This document shows positions 9,501 through 22,172 of a stretch of DNA of 64,000 nucleotides, one piece after another. How positions within the stretch are numbered: the first letter of the stretch is position 1; each line of letters begins with the position of its first letter. Both the position numbers and the translations under genes were made by a program. This DNA comes from an uncultured Thiotrichaceae bacterium (lineage in GTDB: Bacteria; Pseudomonadota; Gammaproteobacteria; SZUA-229), in NCBI GenBank assembly GCA_964600755.1, contig CAZRKQ010000050.1:4926-68925 (forward strand), in the 5' to 3' direction. The notes under the pieces were generated by a model. That model did not search any database. It saw nothing but the letters and a program-made list of their open reading frames with translations, and was not told where the DNA came from.

Positions 9501-9863
9501 TCAGTAGGTAAATGTAACGGTGTTATCACTCATCGCTTCCTCAATAACGTAAGCAGCACCGATAGTCTCATCAATTTCAGCAATCAGTTCCTTGCCCCAC
9601 ATTTCGAGTGTTGGAGTACAGACCTTGAAAACCACCCCTGCCTTATGCGCTTCCCTGATTACATCATACACAGTGCGGTGCTGCTGAACATTGAGGATTA
9701 CATTCTCGGCGTGTCCGGCAACAGCCAGCACACCGGAAAGACCAGTGAATATAACTTCAACCTTGTGTGACATGGCTGCCGCTACTATAGCCTGGAACAA
9801 GGGTGCGCTGAATTCTTCAGGATTTTCAGGATCAGAGTTGGCGAGAATAATGAATAGTTTTTT
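9501..9863 (-). CDS. DsrE/DsrF-like family small protein
   Basis: ORF 9501..9893; likely start at MVKKLFIIL. About 120 aa with DsrE-fold sequence features (KLFIILANS...FTGLSG...FKVCTPT). Confidence 0.5.
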   Translation of the reverse strand, partial: KKLFIILANSDPENPEEFSAPLFQAIVAAAMSHKVEVIFTGLSGVLAVAGHAENVILNVQQHRTVYDVIREAHKAGVVFKVCTPTLEMWGKELIAEIDETIGAAYVIEEAMSDNTVTFTY

Positions 9864-10002
9864 GACCATCAAATTTACCTGATAATGTAACAATGCCGTG
9901 AGCGGATTTTAAACCAGGCAACGGCTGATAATATAGCTTGTGTGAAGTATATGAGCACTTTGCATCAACTGTTAACGCCCTGTAAATAAGCGTAATAAGC
10001 TT

Positions 10003-11049
10003 CTAAACGTCCAATTCCATCCATGGGGACTGATCCAGTTCAGCAATCATCGTGGAAGTCTTTTTCCAGTCAAAGCTCTTGTGTAATTCCGCATAGGATA
10101 CATCACGCTTGCCATGCATCCGAATCAGGCGCATTTGTGATGTCGGGTTATTATAACCCTTCAAGTGCTCTACAACGTCTGCAACACCTTCGGGATGGTT
10201 GCATACGAGCACCATGTCGCAGCCGGCTTCCAGTGCCTGCTGGGCGCGGCTGCCATAATCACCGGCAACACCAGCCGCCTCCATACTGAGATCATCACTG
10301 AATATGACGCCCTGAAAGTTCAGTCTTGTTCGTAATATATCCTGTAACCAGATTTTTGAATAACCAGCCGGCATATTATCTACCTGGTCATAGATAACAT
10401 GTGCCGGCATGATGCCGCTCAGATCATTCGCTATCATTTTTACAAATGGCACAATATCTTCCTTAAGCAGGATACTCAATTCCCTGTGATCGACTGGCAG
10501 CGCAAGATGCGAATCTTCAGCAACGCCGCCATGTCCGGGAAAATGTTTACCTACTGCGTGCATACCAGCGCGCAGCATTCCGTGCATGCTGGCATAGGCC
10601 AGTGTTGCGACAACATCCGGCCTGGCATGATACGCACGGTCTCCGATGACACCACTGACGCCATGGGCGAGGTCAAGCACAGGCGCAAAACTGAAATCGA
10701 CGCCTATCGCCCTGAGTTCAGCCGCCAGCAACCAGCCGGCCTGCTCGGCATATTTTCGCGCCTTGTCGGGATCATCCCTGTACATCTTGCCAAAAACACT
10801 GGCCGGGGGAAGCCTGGTAAATCCTTCATGAAAACGCTGTACACGCCCACCCTCATGATCGATGGCAACCAGTAAATGGGGAGAGCGTACTGCATGTATT
10901 TCGTTTACCACTGCAGTGATCTGATCAATCGATTCATAATTCCGAGTGAATAAAATCACGCCGCCGACAAGCGGATTTTCGAGTAATTCCTGTTCCGCAT
11001 TGGAGATCCCTGTTCCTTCAAGATCCATCATTACCGGGCCGAGTGACAT
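10003..11049 (-). CDS. nagZ: beta-N-acetylhexosaminidase NagZ
   Basis: 348 aa. GH3 NagZ motifs (LLVAIDHEGGRVQRF, KHFPGHGGV..DSH). Confidence 0.9.
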   Translation of the reverse strand: MSLGPVMMDLEGTGISNAEQELLENPLVGGVILFTRNYESIDQITAVVNEIHAVRSPHLLVAIDHEGGRVQRFHEGFTRLPPASVFGKMYRDDPDKARKYAEQAGWLLAAELRAIGVDFSFAPVLDLAHGVSGVIGDRAYHARPDVVATLAYASMHGMLRAGMHAVGKHFPGHGGVAEDSHLALPVDHRELSILLKEDIVPFVKMIANDLSGIMPAHVIYDQVDNMPAGYSKIWLQDILRTRLNFQGVIFSDDLSMEAAGVAGDYGSRAQQALEAGCDMVLVCNHPEGVADVVEHLKGYNNPTSQMRLIRMHGKRDVSYAELHKSFDWKKTSTMIAELDQSPWMELDV

Positions 11050-11088
11050 CAGGTATTCCTGCGTATAGTTAATAGCAAAATATTCGAA

Positions 11089-11673
11089 TTAACTTTCAGT
11101 AACATTACAGAATGAGAGTATTCTATCCAGGTATCTGTCAAATTCGCTAAATTCATGACTACCACCCTGCTCGACAATGGATGGGCAATCGGCGTATTTC
11201 TCCAGCGCTTCCCTATAGTCCAGGGTTTCATCACCTGTCTGCAACATCAGCAGGTACCTTTGCGGCTTTGATATTTTCTCAATATAGAGTTCACGAAACT
11301 GCTCAATATGCGTATTGTCGAGCACCCAGCTCTCGGCTGTATAATAATTTGTATTCTCTCCTAAATACTTTTTCAGTAACTCATGTGGCTTTACTGCTGG
11401 ATTTATTAAAACTGCCGGGCAGTTATATTGTTCTGCCAACCAGGTTGCATAAAAACCACCCAGAGAACTACCTGCTAACGACAAATCGTAGTGTTTAACT
11501 ATCTCTTCTGCATGATGCTGTAGAAGCTCAATGGCATCAGCAGGAACAGGTGGAATCTCCGGAATATCAATACGGTCACTCAAACCTGAGCGCTTCATAT
11601 ACTCATGCAACACTTTAGCCTTGTGTGATTCGGGAGAGCTGTTAAAACCATGCAGGTAAAGAATCTTGTTCAT
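11089..11673 (-). CDS. yqiA: Esterase YqiA (UPF0227)
   Basis: 194 aa. MNKILYLHGFNSSP...GSSLGGFYATWLAE matches the YqiA family. Confidence 0.8.
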   Translation of the reverse strand: MNKILYLHGFNSSPESHKAKVLHEYMKRSGLSDRIDIPEIPPVPADAIELLQHHAEEIVKHYDLSLAGSSLGGFYATWLAEQYNCPAVLINPAVKPHELLKKYLGENTNYYTAESWVLDNTHIEQFRELYIEKISKPQRYLLMLQTGDETLDYREALEKYADCPSIVEQGGSHEFSEFDRYLDRILSFCNVTES

Positions 11674-11774
11674 TATTGATCAGGCAAACAGCCAGGCATT
11701 ACTGAAGATATTATAAACTCAACCAACAGTTATCAGGTTCGGCATTGCCTGTGAAATGCACAGACCATAAATAA

Positions 11775-11815
11775 AAACCCCTGCAAAACAATGTCTTACA
11801 GGGGTTTTGTTATTG
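11775..11815 (-). terminator. Rho-independent terminator of the HU-like gene
   Basis: On the minus strand, CCCCTGtaagacattgttttgCAGGGG is followed by TTTTTATTTAT. Confidence 0.6.
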
Positions 11816-11846
11816 CCTTAAAGCCAGATATATTCTGACAGCTTTA

Positions 11847-12269
11847 TTACTTGGCAGCCATATCCTTCAGCGCTTTCAGAGGCAGCACTTTAACAACCTT
11901 GCGTGCCGGCTTCGCAGATACGTCCATGGTTTCACCTGGACGGAACGGATTTGGAACATTCTTGCGTGCCTTGGTTGCCGGCTTCTTGTTAACTTTAACC
12001 TTGAGCAAACCTGGCAGCTTGAACTCGCCTGCACCACGACTCTTGATGTGGCCTTCGATTACATCTGAAAGTGAATCGAAAACTTGCGCAACATCTTTTC
12101 TTGCAAGTCCGGTATATTCAGAGATGTGAGCATACAGTTGAGATTTTGTGTAGCCCGCGCTGATTGCCTTGACTGATTTTGCTGGAGCTGCTTTTTTTGC
12201 TACGCGTTTTTTAGCAACTTTCTTCTTGGCAACTTTCTTTTTAGCAACTTTTTTCTTTACTGGTGACAT
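11847..12269 (-). CDS. HU/IHF-family DNA-binding protein with N-terminal lysine-rich (KKVAK)n histone-H1-like extension
   Basis: 140 aa. N-terminus is [31 protein letters not shown]. The C-terminal ~95 aa has the HU-fold pattern (YTKSQLYAHISEY..L..KDVAQVFDSLSDVI...GEFKLPGLLKVKV...NPF.PGE). Confidence 0.8.
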   Translation of the reverse strand: MSPVKKKVAKKKVAKKKVAKKRVAKKAAPAKSVKAISAGYTKSQLYAHISEYTGLARKDVAQVFDSLSDVIEGHIKSRGAGEFKLPGLLKVKVNKKPATKARKNVPNPFRPGETMDVSAKPARKVVKVLPLKALKDMAAK

Positions 12270-12412
12270 TGTTTTTAGACCCTTTGGTGTTTGGTGGAAA
12301 TTCTGTGGGCAATTTTTATACCTTTATCTCAAGAATGTAAATACATTTTTTGAAAAAAAAGCGTTTTTTCCCGAAAAAAACAGTAAAAATTGATATTAGT
12401 AACGAAATTTTA

Positions 12413-12904
12413 TCAACTGACAAGCATAACGACGCTGTGAACAGCTATACCTTCTTCCCTGCCGATGTAACCAAGTTTCTCAGTAGTAGTGGCTTTTATA
12501 TTGATTTGATTGATACTGCTATTGAGTTCAGCAGCCAGACGTTCACGGATTGGCTGAATAAAAGGAGCAAGCCTGGGTGACTGAGCTATTACCGTAGCAT
12601 CCAGATTGCCGAGTTTATAACCAGCATCTACTACCATTGTGTAAACTTTTGCTAACAGTACACAACTATCTATGTTTTTATAAGCCATGTCTGTATCAGG
12701 AAAATGCTTGCCGATATCACCAGCAGCTATCGCACCCAAGAGGGCATCGCATATCGCATGAATTAACACGTCACCATCAGAATGTGCTTCAAATGCATGT
12801 GTATGCGGTATTTTTACACCGCCGAGAACAATACTATCGCCTTCTTTAAAACGGTGAACGTCGAATCCATGGCCGATACGAAATGGCAAATGTTGTTGGC
12901 TCAT
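12413..12904 (-). CDS. ispF: 2-C-methyl-D-erythritol 2,4-cyclodiphosphate synthase
   Basis: 163 aa. [12 protein letters not shown]...HSDGDV..HA..DAL motif set. Confidence 0.9.
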   Translation of the reverse strand: MSQQHLPFRIGHGFDVHRFKEGDSIVLGGVKIPHTHAFEAHSDGDVLIHAICDALLGAIAAGDIGKHFPDTDMAYKNIDSCVLLAKVYTMVVDAGYKLGNLDATVIAQSPRLAPFIQPIRERLAAELNSSINQINIKATTTEKLGYIGREEGIAVHSVVMLVS

Positions 12905-13638
12905 ATACGATCTCCAGGATCAGACTCAGCCGCTATAGCCTTCAAATAGAGCTCAGCCAGACGCAGGTCAGCTGGACGCGTTATTTTAATGTTGTCATCC
13001 CGGCCCTGCACCAATCTTGGACAATGCCCCGCCTGTTCCATTGCCGATGACTCATCTGTTACCAGGAATCCCTCTGTCAAAGCTGAGGTTAGCGCTCTTG
13101 ATAGCTGATCACATGCAAAAAGCTGTGGCGTTAAAGCATGCCAGAGTCCTGCCCTGTCTACTGTCTGCTTTACACGCTGGTTGTCATCCTGGCGTTTCAT
13201 GGTGTCACGTACCGGCATTGCCAGCAAACCACCCGCTTCAGTGCCTGCTGCAATATCTATCAAATGCTGAATATCGTTAATGCTGACACATGGTCGTACA
13301 GCATCGTGTACCAGCGCCCATGTAGTTTCAGGATTATAATCCGGCTGTATTGATAGAACATCAAGCGCATTCATCACGCTATGACAGCGTTCATCACCGC
13401 CTGCTGCAACAAGTACGGGTTTTTCAGTTTTAATGGCAAGCTTTGGCCAGTACGGATCATCAGCCTGTATAGATACGACGACACCTTTCACCTGGTCGAC
13501 TGCCAGCAGCCTGTCAATTGTGTGCTCAATCACCGGGCGATCAATAAGCTCCAGGTATTGCTTGGGTATATCAGACTGCATACGTTTGCCAATACCAGCG
13601 GCCGGTATCACGGCCCAGATTACACAGCCATTATTCAA
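12901..13638 (-). CDS. ispD: 2-C-methyl-D-erythritol 4-phosphate cytidylyltransferase
   Basis: 245 aa. [18 protein letters not shown] motif. 4-nt overlap with ispF. Confidence 0.9.
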   Translation of the reverse strand: MNNGCVIWAVIPAAGIGKRMQSDIPKQYLELIDRPVIEHTIDRLLAVDQVKGVVVSIQADDPYWPKLAIKTEKPVLVAAGGDERCHSVMNALDVLSIQPDYNPETTWALVHDAVRPCVSINDIQHLIDIAAGTEAGGLLAMPVRDTMKRQDDNQRVKQTVDRAGLWHALTPQLFACDQLSRALTSALTEGFLVTDESSAMEQAGHCPRLVQGRDDNIKITRPADLRLAELYLKAIAAESDPGDRI

Positions 13639-13939
13639 TTGAGCCGTCCTTTAGAGACTCATCAGATTCACTATCTATGACCTGATAATAAATTTCATCC
13701 TTTTTAATCATGCCCATTTCGCTGCGTGCACGCTCTTCGATTGCCTCAATACCTGTTTTAAGGTCGGTGACTTCTGCATTGAGTGCCTTGTTTCGTTCCT
13801 GCAGTTTGTCAACTTCGTCCTGGACAGTCTCAATTTCCTCTTCCAGCTCGAGTACCTCAGGAACACCGCCATCACCGAGCCACAGCTTGTATTGCAGCCA
13901 TATCAACAATACAAACAGAATGGCGACAATCAGCTTCAA
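13631..13939 (-). CDS. ftsB: Cell division protein FtsB
   Basis: 102 aa. N-terminal TM followed by a coiled coil. Lies between eno and ispD as in other gammaproteobacteria. Confidence 0.85.
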   Translation of the reverse strand: MKLIVAILFVLLIWLQYKLWLGDGGVPEVLELEEEIETVQDEVDKLQERNKALNAEVTDLKTGIEAIEERARSEMGMIKKDEIYYQVIDSESDESLKDGSIE

Positions 13940-13940
13940 C

Positions 13941-15224
<1,284 letters not shown>

Positions 15225-15272
15225 TTACCCTAAATGACGAATTTATTGTTGTACTGTACTGAAGGCCCGTAA

Positions 15273-16102
15273 TCAGCGTGTTTCTTCAAACTGATCTGAT
15301 TTTACTATGTTGTCGAGAGCGATGAGAGTTTTCAGCAAAGATTCTATCCGGTCGAGTGGCCAGGCATTCGGTCCGTCACTCAGCGCTTTCTCCGGGTCAG
15401 GGTGTGTTTCCATGAACAGCCCCGAGATGCCGGCTGCAACAGCGGCCCTGGCAAGTACGGGTACATGTTCACGCTGACCACCGGATGATGTGCCCTGCCC
15501 GCCAGGCAGTTGCACCGAATGTGTGGCATCGAACACAACCGGGCAGCCCGTATCCCTCATGACTGCAAGTGCGCGCATATCTGAAACCAGGTTGTTGTAA
15601 CCAAAAGAAACCCCTCGTTCACACACCATAATCTGTTCATTGCCGGTCGAGCGCGCCTTATTGACTACATTCTTCATATCCCATGGTGCGAGAAACTGAC
15701 CCTTCTTGATGTTGACCGGTATACCTGTTGACGCGACCTTTGTAATGAAATTTGTCTGCCTGCATAAAAAAGCCGGTGTCTGCAGCACGTCGACCACATC
15801 CGCAACTTCATCAATGGGTGTATCTTCGTGCACATCTGTGATCACGGGTACACCGATTTCATCCTTTACTTTCTGCAGAATACGCAAACCATCTTCAATT
15901 CCAGGCCCACGAAAACTTGTGCCGGCGGAACGGTTGGCCTTGTCAAAGGATGATTTATAAATGAAATGAATACCAAGCTTTTCAGTAATGGCTTTCAGCT
16001 CGGCAGAGGTATCCAGTGCAAGTTGTTCGCTTTCGATCACACATGGCCCTGCGATCAGGAAGAACGGCTGATCCAGCCCTGCCTCAAAACCGCAAATATG
16101 CA

Positions 16103-16103
<1 letters not shown>
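15273..16103 (-). CDS. kdsA: 3-deoxy-8-phosphooctulonate synthase
   Basis: 276 aa. KdsA motifs ([30 protein letters not shown]). Confidence 0.9.
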
Positions 16104-17782
<1,679 letters not shown>

Positions 17783-17984
17783 TTAAACGACCAGGCCAGG
17801 ATGCTATGGTCTCAATGGGTGGCTATAGTATCAATTATCATGAAGGGTCTCAATGGAAATGATTTTGCCGGCCTGGAAAAGACTGGCAAAATCATATCTT
17901 ACGAATACATTATACCGTAGATAGTCTAAACTTTAACAATACATTATATCTTATTGATATTTATATATTTACAGTATGGTATTC

Positions 17985-19088
17985 ATGCAGCCAATAGAGG
18001 CCTACCAACAACATCTGAAGAAAAACGGGTTTGTCGCAGATCCTGCCCAGGAACAGGCGGTGGCTGCACTTCAACTTCTTCATGCTGAACTGGTCGCCAG
18101 TACCACGTCACAGATTACAATTATCAAACGGATGCTATGTTTGTTAACACGCTGCCATACAACACCGGTACAGGGCATGTATATATGGGGCAGTGTTGGA
18201 CGTGGCAAGACCTGGTTGATGAATCTGTTCTATGAATCACTGCCGTTTGATAACAAGCTTCGGCTTCACTTTCATCACTTCATGCTTGATGTTCATGAGA
18301 AACTGGCTAACTTGCACAACAGGAAAAACCCATTAACCGTCATTGCCAAAGATTTCGCGGCAGACTACCAGGTACTTTGCCTGGACGAATTTATTGTTAC
18401 AAACATAACTGACGCAATGCTGCTCTCAGGATTACTGGAAGCCCTGTTCAAAAATGGCGTTACGTTGATAGCCACATCCAATAGAGTACCGGATGATTTA
18501 TACAAGAACGGCCTGCAGCGAGAACGTTTTCTGCCGGCAATAGAATTGATCAAGCAACACACTCATGTTATACATGTGGACGGCGATACCGATCACCGTA
18601 TTGCATTACTCGAACAGGATGATGTTTATTACACGCCAATCACAGCAGAAACCAATGACAAACTGACAAAACGCATGCAATCGCTGGCGCCCTGCGCGAT
18701 CAGCCATAATTCTGAATTAACAATACTTAAGCGCCCGATAAAAACGCTTATGCAAGCTGAAGAGATTGCCTGGTTTGAATTCGGTGCACTATGCAATACA
18801 CCCCGTGCGACACCTGACTATATTATACTGGCGCGTGAATACCACACGATAATACTGTCCGGTGTTCCTGTGATGGATGAGAATATGGACGACAAGGCAC
18901 GACGCTTTATATATCTCATTGATGAACTCTATGATCGCAGTGTAAAGCTGATCATTAGCGCTGACGCAATGCCTGAAAAATTGTACACTGGCGAAATGCT
19001 TAAATTTGCATTTAATCGTACCAGTAGCCGCCTCGTAGAGATGCGTTCGAAAGAATACCTGGAAAAACCGCATAAATCCGAAAGATGA
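17985..19088 (+). CDS. zapE: Cell division ATPase ZapE (AFG1-like)
   Basis: ORF 17976..19088. Walker A GSVGRGKTWLM and AFG1-family layout. Start taken at MQPIEAY. Confidence 0.85.
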   Translation: MQPIEAYQQHLKKNGFVADPAQEQAVAALQLLHAELVASTTSQITIIKRMLCLLTRCHTTPVQGMYIWGSVGRGKTWLMNLFYESLPFDNKLRLHFHHFMLDVHEKLANLHNRKNPLTVIAKDFAADYQVLCLDEFIVTNITDAMLLSGLLEALFKNGVTLIATSNRVPDDLYKNGLQRERFLPAIELIKQHTHVIHVDGDTDHRIALLEQDDVYYTPITAETNDKLTKRMQSLAPCAISHNSELTILKRPIKTLMQAEEIAWFEFGALCNTPRATPDYIILAREYHTIILSGVPVMDENMDDKARRFIYLIDELYDRSVKLIISADAMPEKLYTGEMLKFAFNRTSSRLVEMRSKEYLEKPHKSER

Positions 19089-19288
19089 ATCCAGATCTTC
19101 CAGCTCACCTCCAATCTACAATCGAATATATCTGCGAGCTCGGCTGTGACAGGGTAAATGAAATTATTAACACGCTGGAATGCGGAAACTCTGTCGAGGA
19201 AACAAGCGGGCTGGATAAAACCGATCAACAAAGGGTGCTGCGAGAACTTAAAGAGATAATGGCCGTATATGACAACAATCAGGCCTGA
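19085..19288 (+). CDS. Small Cys-containing hypothetical protein, translationally coupled to zapE (ATGA overlap)
   Basis: 67-aa ORF that starts within the zapE stop codon. No recognisable family. Confidence 0.35.
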   Translation: MNPDLPAHLQSTIEYICELGCDRVNEIINTLECGNSVEETSGLDKTDQQRVLRELKEIMAVYDNNQA

Positions 19289-19478
19289 ACGAGTAACATA
19301 CCGTTAAAATATGTCATTATAACGACAGAATTATGTCGATATCGTTTACACAATTAGTGATTTTCAAGTACGCAAAAATCCGCTTAATTTAGTAACTCTT
19401 TGTTAATTATATAAATAAGCTATCGTGGCACAAGACTTGCTCGATTAATCACGTATAGCATGACTAATTGTGAAAAAA

Positions 19479-19646
19479 ATGAAACGTGTCACCAAACCTT
19501 TATTGCTATTTGTATGCAGTTTTGCATTAGGCGTTTGTATTGCTCCTGAAATAAATGTTGAGAAAGAGCCCGTCTCTGAACCGGCACAGAAACCGATACA
19601 GCCTGATCGAAACAGGTACGGTGAAGTTATCAAGCGCATTGTCTGA
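19479..19646 (+). CDS. Small secreted or membrane-anchored hypothetical protein (55 aa, signal-peptide-like N-terminus)
   Basis: MKRVTKPLLLFVCSFALGVCIAPE... has a Lys/Arg n-region followed by a hydrophobic core. It lies antisense to the listed 64-aa minus-strand ORF, which has no features. It was missed by the ORF track because it is shorter than 60 aa. Confidence 0.35.
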   Translation: MKRVTKPLLLFVCSFALGVCIAPEINVEKEPVSEPAQKPIQPDRNRYGEVIKRIV

Positions 19647-19674
19647 TTACTTGACCGGAAACGAATAGGAACAA

Positions 19675-21045
19675 TTAGCTCACTTCTTCAGCGAAAGGCA
19701 GTTCCAGCCTTGCGCCAAGCCCGCCCACATCCGATTTGTGCAGTGTCAATGAACCATGATACAGGTGTGCCAAATCAATCACGATAGCCAGGCCCAAGCC
19801 ACTACCTTGTACTGTTTCATCAAGCCTGCGGCCTCGCTGTAATACAGCATCTTTCTGATCTTCAGGAATACCCGGTCCATCATCATCAATGTTGATAATC
19901 AATCGTGTATCTTTCTGCTCACCACTTACAATAACCTTACTGTTTGCCCATTTGCATGCATTGTCCATAAGGTTGCCCAGCATTTCTTCAAGGTCCTGCG
20001 CATCTCCTTTGAAATAAAGCCCTTTCAAATCCTTCAGAATTATATCGATGTTCTTATCCTGGTACATGTGCGCCATTAGATAACAGATATCTTTTGTTAT
20101 GGGCTGCACTGACACACTGGCCCCAATGATATTGGCCGAACCAGCAGCACGTGCACGCGATAGATAACGTTCAACATATGCGCCCATAGCGTCAGTTTTT
20201 TCACGTATTAGCTGGCCACGTTGATCTTTGATTTCATCGGCTTCGTTTCTGATCACAGTGAGCGGATTTTTCAAAGCGTGGGCCAGGTCACCCACCTGCG
20301 TTCTTGCTCGCTCAAGCAACCCCTCGCTGTGATCAAGTAATGCGTTCAATTCATGCACAATCGGCTGTATCTCGGTTGGGAAATTTTCAGGCAGGCGATT
20401 TTCTCTGCCTGTTCGAATGTTTGATAATGAATCTTTAAGAAAACGTAATGGCTTCAAACCAAAACGGATCTGCAACAACACAACAATAAGCAAGCCGGTG
20501 CCGAGAATGATGAGAGTAATTCCGAGTTTTGAGGTAAAACCTTCAACATCCCGCCTGATACTGTTAACAGAGCCCGCAATCGCAAATGTATATAACCTGG
20601 TTGTGCCCTTCAGTTTTACATCGAGTACAAGCGCTCTTAATGTTTCATTTCCCGGTCCTGTGACTTTTTGAATTTGGCTATAATTTTCAGCTTCGGGCAA
20701 TATGAAATCAATCGTGTCGTTGAGAAGTGACTCAGAGCCCGCGACCAGACTATCTTCTTCGTAAATTTGCCAGTACCACCCTGAATGTGGATTCATAAAT
20801 CTTGGATCTGCCGGTATCCATGTTAAATACAACTGCCCCTGCTCATCTATTCTCGCAGCGGCAATACTTTCTTCCATGTGGTCAAACATGAAAGCATCAA
20901 AGTATTCTTCTATATGGCGTTGAAACAGTATAGTTAGCAATACGGCAACAATAGCCAGGGTTAACGTTACCCAGGCGACTGAAGTTATTACCAGCCTGGA
21001 TGTAAGCGTATTATGAATCATCAGGTTCAACCAACTGATAACCAA
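19675..21045 (-). CDS. Two-component sensor histidine kinase (two TM segments, periplasmic sensor, HisKA + HATPase_c)
   Basis: 456 aa. H-box HELNALLDHSEGLL and LAHALKNPLTVI. C-terminal G-boxes (DDDGPGIPEDQ, GSGLGLAIV). The start may be at an internal Met, giving a short overlap with the regulator gene. Confidence 0.85.
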   Translation of the reverse strand: MVISWLNLMIHNTLTSRLVITSVAWVTLTLAIVAVLLTILFQRHIEEYFDAFMFDHMEESIAAARIDEQGQLYLTWIPADPRFMNPHSGWYWQIYEEDSLVAGSESLLNDTIDFILPEAENYSQIQKVTGPGNETLRALVLDVKLKGTTRLYTFAIAGSVNSIRRDVEGFTSKLGITLIILGTGLLIVVLLQIRFGLKPLRFLKDSLSNIRTGRENRLPENFPTEIQPIVHELNALLDHSEGLLERARTQVGDLAHALKNPLTVIRNEADEIKDQRGQLIREKTDAMGAYVERYLSRARAAGSANIIGASVSVQPITKDICYLMAHMYQDKNIDIILKDLKGLYFKGDAQDLEEMLGNLMDNACKWANSKVIVSGEQKDTRLIINIDDDGPGIPEDQKDAVLQRGRRLDETVQGSGLGLAIVIDLAHLYHGSLTLHKSDVGGLGARLELPFAEEVS

Positions 21046-21679
21046 GCCCTCGATGTGTCTTGATTAAGCTGGCTCCAAGTTTGTTTCGCAGACGATTTAC
21101 AAGAACTTCAATAACATTGGAATCACGATCGAAGTCCTGATCATATATATGCTCGGTAAGTTCTGTTTTAGAAATCACTTCACCCTTGTGATGCATCAGG
21201 TACGACAGCATTCCTAGTTCCAGCGCTGTCATTTCGATTGACGCACCGTTATGTGAGACACGATTAGTCGTAGTATCGAATTCTACAGACCCACAGGTCA
21301 GTACAGGTTTACTGTGTCCAGTCGCGCGACGGATCAAAGCCTCTACACGAGCCAGAACCTCTTCGATTTCAAACGGCTTGGATAAATAATCATCTGCACC
21401 AGCGCGCAAACCCACTACTTTTTCCCGCCAGGTATCCCGGGCGGTAAGAATCAGCACCGGCATATCCCTGTTTTCATTTCGCCACTGTTGCAACACCTTG
21501 ATACCATCAACTTTCGGCAGGCCCAAATCAAGGATAACGGCGTCGAAAGATTCGTGGCTACCCAGGTAAAGCCCTTCCTCGCCGTCATGCACAACCTCGA
21601 CCACATAACCTGCATTTCTTAGCGAAGTTTCTATTTGCCTTGCTACTTGTTGATCATCCTCAACCACAAGGATTTTCAT
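21011..21679 (-). CDS. OmpR/PhoB-family response regulator
   Basis: 222 aa. Receiver domain (MKILVVEDD...DAVILDLGLP..DG) plus winged-helix C-terminus (RLRNKLG...IKTHRGLGYQL). Confidence 0.9.
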   Translation of the reverse strand: MKILVVEDDQQVARQIETSLRNAGYVVEVVHDGEEGLYLGSHESFDAVILDLGLPKVDGIKVLQQWRNENRDMPVLILTARDTWREKVVGLRAGADDYLSKPFEIEEVLARVEALIRRATGHSKPVLTCGSVEFDTTTNRVSHNGASIEMTALELGMLSYLMHHKGEVISKTELTEHIYDQDFDRDSNVIEVLVNRLRNKLGASLIKTHRGLGYQLVEPDDS

Positions 21680-21990
21680 TATCCGTCTCCTGGTTCATGC
21701 TCGAATGTTGTGTATCTATGTGATATTTTATATACCGCTTTGCATTGTTGCCCTCCCCTGAATCAGGGTTAATGCAATAATTTAAAGCGGCTTGAACAGT
21801 GTTATGATAAAATTTAGTAACTATCTGATTTATCAGTAAATTTTGCCCTCACCAACCTTAAATTAAGCTTAAAATAACTGTCAGCGTAGCTTAAGGTTAC
21901 ATCCGTTATAGTTCTATCGTTGGTTGTTAACAGCAAACTGCTTTTAGCAGAACTAACATATTCATTGCGCACGGGTCGGTTAAGCTGATC

Positions 21991-22043
21991 CATAGAAACG
22001 GGATGTCGACCTAATCCTCAAGGGTCGGCGTCCCGTTTCTAGT
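21991..22043. promoter_or_regulatory. Strong imperfect hairpin (18-bp stem) in the divergent promoter region between the response regulator and the cyc2-like gene
   Basis: AGAAACGGGATGTCGACC-taatcctcaag-GGTCGGCGTCCCGTTTCT. No flanking T-run on either strand, so it is not a canonical terminator. A second 8-bp inverted repeat, TTATCAAG...CTTGATAA, lies 20 bp downstream. Confidence 0.4.
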
Positions 22044-22172
22044 TATGCCGCCTTAATTTATCAAGATAGAACTTTTCCCTAACTTGATAAATGTCAAGCC
22101 GTCCGTGTCCCTTCAGTGTATTATTTTTTTAGTCGATCATCATACTAAAATAATCGCTCGCAAGGTATAACA

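Noticed and set aside
19445-19639. 64-aa minus-strand ORF listed in the ORF track
   Set aside because: The plus strand of the same region encodes a 55-aa protein with a convincing signal peptide. The minus-strand ORF has no start context and a low-complexity translation.
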